From: Octopus vulgaris
Taxonomy: Eukaryota
Reading direction: 5' to 3'
Length of the DNA stretch: 64,000 nt
Assembly (NCBI GenBank): GCA_951406725.2
Contig: CATOCA020000001.1
Location: forward strand, 5,580,001 to 5,644,000
The translations under genes were made by a program, and so were the position numbers. Shown here piece by piece: positions 54,280-64,000 of this stretch (the first letter of the stretch is position 1; each line of letters opens with the position of its first letter). The notes beneath the pieces are model-generated. The model was not told the origin of the DNA, searched no databases, and saw only the letters and a program-made list of their open reading frames with translations.

Positions 54280-56200
54280 AGAGAGAGTGACACATAAGGA
54301 AACGACATTATCGTATAATGTGCAAGGAGAGAGAGAGAGAGAGAGAGAAACAGAAAGAGAGAAAGAGAGAGAGGAAAAGAAAGAGAAAGTGAAACCCACG
54401 GAATCGGCATTAATGTATAATGTGCAAAGAGAGAGAAAGAGAGAAAAGGGTGTGAGACATAGAAATGAAGATGGCAGAGAGGGAGGGAGAGAGCGAGAGA
54501 GGGAGAGAGAGAGAGACAGAAATAGAAAGGCAGAAAGAGAGAGACAGAAAGAGAAAGAGACAGACAGACAGACAGAGAGACAGAAAGACGGAACCAACAT
54601 TAACGTATAATATGCAAAGAGAGAGAAAGAGAGTGAGAGACAGACAGACAGACAGACAGAAAGAGAGAGAGAGAGAAAGAAAAGAAGAGAAGGAGAGAGA
54701 CAGAATGAAAGAGAGAAAGAGAGTGAGAGACAGAAAGAGAGAGAGAGAGAAAGAAAGGAAGAGAGAAAAAGAGAGACAGATAGAGAGACAGAAAGAGAGA
54801 CACAGAATGAAAGAAAGAGAGATACCAAAAGAGAAAGAGAAACAGAAAGAGAGATAGATAGATAGATAGAGAGAGAGAAAGAGAGAGAGAGAGACTGATA
54901 TATATTTGAAGCAAGAGGAGAGAATGAGGTAATATAGAAAGGAAGGCGGAGGTGTGTTGAAAATGAGAGGCTGAGAGAAAGGAGACAAAGAGGGAGAAGA
55001 TGATTGACGTGTTTTGGTAGACGGGAGAGAAAGGGAGGGAGAGAGAAAGAGAGAGAAAGAAGAGTGACAGAGTGATATAGAAAGATATATAGAGTAAGGG
55101 AGGGGGGAGAGAGAGAGAAAGGACGACTGAGAGAGAGAGGATGGGAGGGAGAGAGAAAGAGAGAGAAAGAAGAGTGACGGAGTGATATTGAAAGTTATAT
55201 AGAGTAAGGGAGGGGAGAGAGAGAGAGAAAGGACGACTGAGAGAGAGAGAGAGAAAGAGGGAGAGAGAAAGAGAGGATGAGGTAAGAGAGAGAAAGAAGA
55301 GTGACAGAGTGATATAGAAAGATATATAGATTAAGGGAGGAGGAGAGAGAGAGAGGGAAAGGAGGACTGAGAGAGAGAGGAAGGGAGGGAGAGAGAAAGA
55401 GAGCATGAGGTAAGAGAGAGAAAGAAGAGTGACAGAGTGATACAGAAAGATATATAGATTAAGGGAGGAGGAGAGACAGTGAGAAAGGACGAATGGGAGA
55501 GAGAGGAAGGGAGGGAGAGAGAGAGAAAGAAGAGTGACGGAGTGATATAGAAAGATATATAGAGTAAGGGAGGGTGAGAGAGAGAGAGAAAGGAGGACGG
55601 AGAGAGAGAGGAAGGGAGGGAGAGAGAAAGAGAGCATGAGGCAAGAGAGAGAAAGAGGGAGTGACGGAGTGATATAGAAGGATATATAGAGTAAGGGAGG
55701 GAGAGAGAGAGAGGAAGAGAGAGAGAGGAAGGGAGGGAGAGAGAAAGAGAGCATGAGGCAAGAGAGAGAAAGAGGGAGTGACGGAGTGATATAGAAGGAT
55801 ATATAGAGTAAGGGAGGGAGAGAGAGAGAAAGGAGGACGGAGAGAGAGAGAAGGGAGGGAGAGAGAGAGAAAGGAGGACGGAGAGAGAGAGGAAGGGAGG
55901 GAGAGAGAGAAAGAGAGCATGAGGCATGAGGCAAGAGAGAGAGAGAGAGGGAGTGACGGAGTGATATAGAAAGATATATAGAGTAAGGGAGGGAGAGAGA
56001 GAGAGAGAGAGAAAGAACGACTGAGAGAGAGAGGGGGGATTGAAACAAAATGCTATAAGTGTCTAGCAAGGTAGAGAACGGGGGGCGGGGTTAAGACGGA
56101 AAAGAAGAGAGTGGGAGGATTCTGTAATAAATAATGAGATGAGAGAATAGAAAGAGATAGAGAGACAGAGAAAGAGGGAGCGAGAGAGAGAGAGAGAGGA
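53990..56200 (+). repeat. Second polypurine tract including a ~110-170-bp GA-rich minisatellite (~55060-56030)
   Basis: gagtgac(g/a)gagtgatatagaaagatatatagagtaagggagg recurs about 8 times. Confidence 0.9.
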
Positions 56201-56379
56201 CGATGAATATATTTGCAAATAGAGGAAGGGTAGGAGGTAATAAATGAAATGGGTGGAGTCAAGGTGAATTATATAAGTAGATGGGAGGAGCGAACGGTAA
56301 GGATAGTAACTCTTCTTGCATCCCTTTTTGCCTGAAACTGTATCAGGTTCTGTTATGTGAAATAAAATCTGTGAAGATT

Positions 56380-58179
56380 TCCAAATCTTTCTTTCTTTCC
56401 TTCTTTCTTTCTTCCTTCCTTCCATTCTTTCTTTCTTACTTCCCTTTCTTTCTTCCTTCCTTCATTTCTCTCATTTCTCTTCTTTCTTTCTTTCTTTCCT
56501 TCTTTCTTTCTTCCTTCCTTCCTTCCATTCTTTCTTTCTTACTTCCCTTTCTTTCTTCCTTCCTTCATTTCTCTCATTCTTTCCTTCTTTCTTTCTTTCT
56601 TTCCTTTCTGTCATTCTTTCATTTCCAAATCTGTTTTAATCTAAATAATTCATTGAAGTCTTTCGAAATTGGCGAATATGTTTAGGGAAGAAGAAAGGAG
56701 TGTTTCATTGAGACCTTACGTTTTTTTAATGGGTTCAGTCATTGCACAGCGGCCAGGCTGGAGTAAACTTTTCAGGAATTTCAATTGAAGGGAGTACTCC
56801 AGCATGTGCGTGTGTGTGCGTGCGTGCATAATACTTCTGTCGGTAACTTTTGCCAAACGACTAAGTTACTTTCTTTCTTTCTTTTTCTTTCTTTCCTTTT
56901 TCTTTCTTTTTTTTTCCTTCTGTCTGTCTTTCTTTCTTTCTTCCTTCATTTCTCTCATTCTTTCTTTCTTTCGTTCTTTCGTTCATTCGTTCATTCTTTC
57001 TTTCTTTCCTTCTTTCTTTCTTCCTTCCTTCCTTCCATTCTTTCTTTCTTTCTTCCTTCATTCATTTCTCTCATTCTTTCTTTCTTCCTTTCTTTCGTTC
57101 ATTCGTTCATTCTTTCTTTCTTTCCTTCTTTCTTTCTTCCTTCCTTCCTTCCATTCTTTCTTTCTTACTTCCTTTCTTTCTTCCTTCCTTCATTTCTCTC
57201 ATTCTTTCCTTCTTTCTTTCTTTCTTTCTTTCCTTTCTGTCATTCTTTCATTTCCAAATCTGTTTTAATCTAAATAATTCATTGAAGTCTTTCGAAATTG
57301 GCGAATATGTTTAGGGAAGAAGAAAGGAGTGTTTCATTGAGACCTTACGTTTTTTTAATGGGTTCAGTCATTGCACAGCGGCCAGGCTGGAGTAAACTTT
57401 TCAGGAATTTCAATTGAAGGGAGTACTTCAGCATGTGCGTGTGTGTGCGTGCGTGCATAATACTTCTGTCGGTAACTTTTGCCAAACGACTAAGTTACTT
57501 TCTTTCTTTCTTTTTCTTTCTTTCCTTTTTCTTTCTTTTTTTCCCTTCTGTCTTTCTTTCTTTCTTTCTTCCTTCATTTCTCTCATTCTTTCTTTCGTTC
57601 ATTCGTTCATTCTTTCTTTCTTTCCTTCTTTCTTTCTTCCTTCCTTCCTTCCAGTCTTTCTTTCTTTCTTCCTTCATTCATTTCTCTCATTCTTTCTTTC
57701 TTCCTTTCTTTCGTTCATTCGTTCATTCTTTCTTTCTTTCCTTCTTTCTTTCTTCCTTCCTTCCTTCCATTCTTTCTTTCTTCCTTCCTTCATTTCTCTC
57801 ATTCTTTCCTTCTTTCTTTCTTTCTTTCCTTTCTGTCATTCTTTCATTTCCAAATCTGTTTTAATGTAAATAATTCATTGAAGTCTTTCGAAATTGGCGA
57901 ATATGTTTAGGGAAGAAGAAAGGAGTGTTTCATTGAGACCTTACGTTTTTTTAAGGGCTTCAGTCATTGCACAGCGGCCAGGCTGGAGTAAACTTATCAG
58001 GAATTTCAATTGAAGGGAGTACTCCAGCATGTGTGTGTGCGTGCGTGCATAATACTTCTGTCGGTAACTTTTGCCAAACGACTAAGTTACTTTCTTTCTT
58101 TCTATTATCTTTCTTTCCTTTTTCTTTCTTTTTTTCCCTTCTGTCTTTCTTTCTTTCTTTCTTCCTTCATTTCTCTCAT

Positions 58180-58211
<32 letters not shown>

Positions 58212-59597
58212 TCGTTTATTCGTTCATTCTTTCTTTCCTTCCTTCCTTCCATTCTTTCTTTCTTTCTTCCTTCATTCATTTCTCTCATTCTTTCTTTCTT
58301 CCTTTCTTTCGTTCATTCGTTCATTCTTTCTTTCTTTCCTTCTTTCTTTCTTCCTTCCTTCCTTCCTTCCGTTATTTCTTTCTTTCTTTCTTTCCTTTCT
58401 GTCATTCCTTCATTTCTCTCATTCTTTCTTTCTTTCTTTCTTTCGTTCATTCGTTCTTTCTTTCTTTCTTTCCTTCTTTCTTTCTTCCTTCCTTCCTTCC
58501 ATTCTTTCTTTCTTACTTCCCTTTCTTTCTTCCTTCCTTCATTTCTCTCATTCTTTCCTTCTTTCTTTCTTTCTTTCCTTTCTCTCATTCTTTCATTTCC
58601 AAATCTGTTTTAATGTAAATAATTCATTGAAGTCTTTCGAAATTGGCGAATATGTTTAGGGAAGAAGAAAGGAGTGTTTCATTGAGACCTTACGTTTTTT
58701 TAAGGGCTTCAGTCATTGCACAGCGGCCAGGCTGGAGTAAACTTATCAGGAATTTCAATTGAAGGGAGTACTCCAGCATGTGTGTGTGTGTGCGTGCGTG
58801 CATAATACTTCTGTCGGTAACTTTTGCCAAACGACTAAGTTATTTTCTTTCTTTCTATTTTCTTTCTTTCCTTTTTCTTTCTTTTTTTCCCTTCTGTCTT
58901 TCTTTCTTTCTTCCTTCATTTCTCTCATTCTTTCTTTCTTTCTTTCTTTCTTTCATTCATTCGTTCATTCTTTCTTTCTTTCCTTCTTTCTTTCTTCCTT
59001 CCTTCCTTCCATTCTTTCTTTCTTCCTTCCTTCATTTCTCTCATTCTTTCCTTCTTTCCTTCTTTCTTTCCTTTCTGTCATTCCTTCATTTCCAAATCTG
59101 TTTTAATGTAAATAATTCATTGAAGTCTTTCGAAATTGGCGAATATGTTTAGGGAAGAAGAAAGGAGTGTTTCATTGAGACCTTACGTTTTTTTAAGGGC
59201 TTCAGTCATTGCACAGCGGCCAGGCTGGAGTAAACTTATCAGGAATTTCAATTGAAGGGAGTACTCCAGCATGTGCGTGTGTGTGCGTGCGTGCATAATA
59301 CTTCTGTCGGTAACTTTTGCCAAACGCCTAAGTTACTTTCTTTCTTTCTATTTTCTTTCTTTCCTTTTTTTCTTTTTTTCCCTTCTGTCTTTCTTTCTTT
59401 CTTCCTTCGTTTCTCTCATTCTTTCTTTCTTTCTTTCTTTCGTTCATTCGTTCATTCTTTCTTTCCTTCCTTCTCTCTTTCTTCCTTCCTTCCTTCCATT
59501 CTTTCTTTCTTACTTCCCTTTCTTTCTTCCTTCCTGCGTGTGTGTGCGTGCGTGCATAATACTTCTGTCGGTAACTTTTGCCAAACGACTAAGTTAC
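56380..59597. repeat. Tandem array, 5 units of ~490-750 bp: constant ~250-bp block plus variable (CTTT)n
   Basis: tttccaaatctgttttaat...ccaaacgactaagttac starts near 56622, 57251, 57847, 58596 and 59089. Confidence 0.93.
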
Positions 59598-59740
59598 TCT
59601 GTCTTTATTACCCACAAGGGGCTAAACATAGAGGGGACAAACAAGGACAAATAAACGGATTAAGTCGATTACATCGACCTCAGTGCGTAACTGGTACTTA
59701 ATTTATCGACCCCGAAAGGATGAAAGGCAAAGTCGACCGC
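59598..59740. mobile_element. SINE-like dispersed repeat (related copies at ~37845-38030 and ~46460-46690)
   Basis: Shared core cgattacatcgacc..agtgcgtaactggtacttaatttatcgaccccgaaaggatgaaaggcaaagtcgacc. Confidence 0.65.
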
Positions 59741-60654
59741 AGGGACGTAAACAACCAAACACTGGTCGTGAAGCCATGGGGTTTAATAAAATGTAAACAC
59801 ACACACGCGCGGACACACATACATAGAGTAAGTCTGTAATTAATCATTAATTAAATAATTAAATACATCGATCGGTGTAATAATGAAAGTTTCAGAATTG
59901 CTCGTGCCTTTCAGCTGCATTTGGTTCCAATCGTTCACACTTACATCTCAATACAAATCATAGGTTGGATGCTGCAGCAACTGAAATCACAAGTCAACGC
60001 GCATTCGCGTTTCTTCATCCTTTTTCCCTTTGTGGATGCGGCCAAGCTTCCATTCGGTGACGCAATACACAGCACTTAGAAGAGGCTCAGACTTAATTCA
60101 CCTGTTTAAACAAGTTTCGTGCAAATCGTTCGCTCTGATGACGCGTCAGAGAACGTTTAGGATATTCTCCTAAGCTTGGCCTTGCATCATGCTAGAAATA
60201 ACAGCCAGGTACCACATATCGACATTGTTTTTGCTTTTCAGTTTATTGTCTTTTTATTCCCATCCTGAATGCAGATGGTGAAGTCCATGGAGACACGTTC
60301 CTTCTCTTTCCATAGATGCGACTTTCTTTGAGCTAGAAACAACAGGCAGAGTACCCTCAGCCATATCTTAAATCAATTAGCAATTTTGGAATATATTTCA
60401 CTTTGAAAAGAAATCACATTTAATTTATTTGGTTTGCAGATTTTTCTGTATTCTTTCTTTCAGCGCGTGAATACTTAAAACGAAAGATTATCGAGATGGA
60501 TGTCAGCTGAATTAAAAGAAACGATATTACAGCCATAGCGTGAAATATTTCACGCCTCCTTCTCTCCATGAATACATGTGGAGCAGAAAGTTCAACTATC
60601 AGAAACATGTATCCGAAGATTTTATTTGTTTTATGAACTGAAATTACAGACAGG

Positions 60655-60810
60655 GCTTTACGGTAAGAAAGTTGGTTCCCAACCGTATGGTTCCAGGTTC
60701 GGTATCACTGCGTGGCGCCTTGTCCGAATGTCTTCTGTTATACCTTCGGGTCGACCTAAGAGTAGACTTGGTAGACGGAAACTGAAAGAGGCTCTTCGTA
60801 TACACACACA
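60655..60810 (+). mobile_element. SINE 5' half
   Basis: ggtaagaaagttggttcccaacc...ggttcggtatcactgcgtggc...ggtagacggaaactgaaagag, homologous to the 52936 head. Confidence 0.7.
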
Positions 60811-61790
60811 CTTTCTTTCTTTCTTTCTTTCTTTCTTTCATTCTTCTTTATTTGTTTCTTTGTTTGTTTGTTTCTTTCTTCCTTCATTTCCCTCATTTCT
60901 TTCTTTCTTTCTTTCTTCATTTCTTTTTTCCTTTTTCTTTCTTTCTTTCCTTTCTTTCTTTCTTTCTTCCTTCCTTCATTTCTCTCATTCTTTCTTTCCT
61001 TCCTTCCGTTATTTTCCTTATTTCTTTCTTTACTTTCTGTTTTTCATTTCCTTCTTCTTACCCTTCATTCTTTTTTTCTTTCTTCCCTCTCATCTTTCCT
61101 TCTTCAATCCGTCTTTCATTTTTCTTCCTTTCTTTTTTCTGTCGTTGCTTCGTTTCCTTTCCTTGTCTCCTTTTTTCTCTCTCTCTCTCTCACCCTGCTC
61201 TTATCCTTCTCACTTTCTTTCCTTCTTTTTTCCTTCTTTCTTTCTTTTTTCTTTTTTCCTTCATTCTTTCTATCTTTCCCTCTTTTTCCTTCTAACCTTC
61301 TTTCTTTTCTGTTTCCCCTTCTTTCTTACTTTCTCCCTTTCTTCCTTTATTTCTCCCTTTCTTTCTTTCTCTTTCTTTCTTTCTTTCTTTCCTTTCTACT
61401 TTCTTTCTTTCTTTCTTTCTACTTTCTTTCTTTCTTTCTTTCTTTGTTTCTGTCTCTCTTTCTTTCTTTTCTTACTGCCTTTTGTCCTTCTTTCTTTCCT
61501 TACTGCCATTCTTTCCTTCCTTCTTTTACTTCCTTATTTCCTTCATTTCTTCTTTCCTTCCTTCCTTCCTTCCTTCCTTCCCTCCAGCCTTCCTTTCTTT
61601 CTTTCTCTCTCCCCGCTCCCATTTCATGCATTATTACAGAATCACGTTACTTTATTCCTTCCTTGCTCTTTTCTTTCTTTCCTTCTTTTTTCTCTTTTCA
61701 TTCTTCCTTTTCTCTCTCTCTCTCTCTCTCTCACTCTCTTTCATTCTTTCCTTCTTTTTACTCTCTCTCTCTCACTCTCTTTCTTTCCCT
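60810..61790 (+). repeat. Polypyrimidine (CTTT) tract
   Basis: ~1 kb C/T-rich low complexity. Confidence 0.92.
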
Positions 61791-62591
61791 TAATCTCATT
61801 GTTTCCCTCCCAAAACAATTTCGACTTTTATAAAAGAATCTCACCTCTCTATTGTCTCGCATCATTCGTGAAACAGCAACCAAACACCTTGAAATTCCTA
61901 AAGTTTTTATTTTATAAAAGCAGGACACTTGACGAAGCGTCTATCAAACATATTGTCCTACAGGTGGTCGGGTAAGATGGTAGAAATAACAGTTCAATAC
62001 ACTATATTCTGCATTGTTTTTCATGAAAGATTGAAGGAGACGTTAAGAAGCATCCGGAGGAATAATATACAATTGGTGAACCTAGGTGATGCTAGAAATA
62101 ACAGCCAAGTATATCAAAGTTTTGTGTTGTCACTCATATAAAAATTAAGGGTACTTAGAAAATCCTCGCTCTCCCACCTCAGCATATATTAATATATCAC
62201 CCCAAATCTAAGCCGAATACCCCTAACCTCTAAGCCACTTCACTCCAGCGACCATGCAAACTGTGTGACGATTGCAGGCAGAGTGAAAGGAAAAGTAAAG
62301 AATTGGAAATGTGAAAAAGCGAAATAAAAAACGAATCAGTGACGTGGAGTCGCAATCTGTACTAATTCCATTGATCAATGTTCGATCTTTATCGATAATG
62401 TGTTATAAACACTATTTTATATTATTCTCACTCTTTTTAATAATAGGCATCACTCGCCGTCGCTCCGCCCCTTTCTCTCCCTCCACACCCCGCACGATGC
62501 TCTTTGAAGCGGTGTTCCATCCAGATGTCCTCACATCCGTTTCTCTCATCAATAGGCAAACCGTTGTTCCATCCGTCGTCCGACTTGTGCG

Positions 62592-62642
<51 letters not shown>

Positions 62643-62647
62643 ATATA

Positions 62648-62886
62648 TTGGGTTGGTGCATAATCATTGCGGCTTTTTTCAACAAATTTTATTCAACAAA
62701 AACAATAACATGTAACAAAAACATCGTTAAATGATTATTCCGGAGCATATTCACCATCTACTTCAATAACTGCTTCCCATTCGCTTGATAGACGATCATG
62801 TAAAGATGTTTTTGATAAATATTTTTATTGTTTTTGTTGAATAGTATTTGTTGAAAAGAAGCCGCAATAATTATGCACCAGCCCAA
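62648..62886 (-). mobile_element. Mariner internal-deletion derivative / MITE
   Basis: TA-flanked inverted repeats ttgggttggtgcataatcattgcggc... / ...gccgcaataattatgcaccagcccaa. The interior encodes DRLSSEWEAVIEVDGEYAPE* on the minus strand (mariner transposase C-terminus). Confidence 0.88.
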
Positions 62887-64000
62887 TATTTTACCTGACC
62901 CTGGGATGGTGTGATATCTTGAATTGAGCGTTACATGGATTAAACTGAGGGAAGGTTGCACAATAGCATCTGGCTCACTCTCTCGTCCCTTCCTCTGTGA
63001 TTCCAGTGGAAGGATGAAGTCAAGAAAACTACAGACAGGTTGCAGTTCACCCTCCACAATGCTTGCTGGTCCGTTGAGCCTGTCTAGTGGTTTCCTCAGC
63101 ACACTCAACAGGTTCACATCCTTTGATAGACAAACCTAGCCCACCAATGGTTAAAGGCCGTGTGCTACCCTTACCAATGTTTAGCCAGCCTGTGGAAGCC
63201 GTGAGCCTGGGTGTGGATACTGTTGCATGCAGACAGCATTGATGACTCACAGGTGACAGGTGGGTGTCACAGGAGGAACAAAGCGGACGGACTACTCCAA
63301 AGGTCACTGCATATGCCTTTGACAGAGGTACTAATTGACCCCGTACACCTTGCACCCTAGAAAAAAGTATTACAAGAGCAAAGAAAGCTTCAATTATGCG
63401 GGTCCAGAGTCGGCTTCTTGCCTTCAGACCCAGCAGACAACCTTCTCTCTTTCTCCCACTCTCTCTCTTACTCAATCTCCCACTCTGTCTCTTTCTTTCT
63501 CCTCTTTCTCTCTCTCCCCTTCTCTCTTTCTCCCCTTCTCTCTTTCTCCCACTCCCTCTCTTACTCATTCTCCCTCTCTCTCTTTGTCTCTCACTCCCAC
63601 TCTCTCTGTCTCTAATGCCTGCCTGATGGCCACCTGACTGATTGATTTTCTTTTCACATGATCGGACGGCGACGGTAAGCGGATCGATTTCGAATCACCG
63701 TTTGAGCAATTCCACTGAAACACGGACACACTCGCCAAATTGTCGGGATGTTTATATTGTGGCCCACGAAAGAGACGGTTATCTGCGTCAGAGAAGCGGA
63801 AGCGAATCAACGGTTTGAGTTACACTCGAACATACACACGCAAGAAGCGACCTTTGCCACTTCGTTTTATTGTCAATGAAGGACGGAAAGAAAAATTTGA
63901 CCCAAACGAGAGACTTTAATTTACAACATTAAGGGAAGTAATACTTCTTATTCTACAAGAGTTATTGCCCTTGAACTGTTAAATTAAAGTTTCATCTTAA

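Noticed and set aside
60578-61975. 465-aa ORF
   Set aside because: SINE head plus CTTT tract; low-complexity artefact.

Overview
AT-rich, microsatellite- and SINE-laden animal genomic DNA. The repeat families look octopus-like (inference). Almost all long ORFs in the track are artefacts of simple repeats. The real content is the 3' part of one spliced + strand gene spanning about 3250-38721, whose 5' end lies upstream of the window. I reconstructed 15 phase-consistent exons: ankyrin repeats (2 exons), a Mind-bomb/IAP-like C3HC4 RING, a 51-nt linker exon, EIGHT near-identical 51-nt phase-1/1 micro-exons each encoding (G/R)S(Q/L)MFAEK(E/G)IQTEPEPV, a 48-nt linker exon, and a C-terminal death domain (2 exons). 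The eight micro-exons sit two per unit inside a 4-copy ~4.95-kb tandem array (about 14.0-33.3 kb) that also carries dead RTE-LINE and Gypsy pol fragments. The repeated K(E/G)IQT peptide matches the dynein light chain LC8/DYNLL-binding motif, suggesting a multivalent, possibly splice-tunable LC8 ladder between an E3 RING and a death domain. The rest of the window holds a decayed IR/DR-type Tc1 element, Sola2-like, hAT, R2/HERO-like and RTE relics, a mariner deletion derivative, many SINEs, huge GAAA/CTTT tracts and SINE-containing tandem repeats. All exon calls were made by eye and need transcript confirmation.
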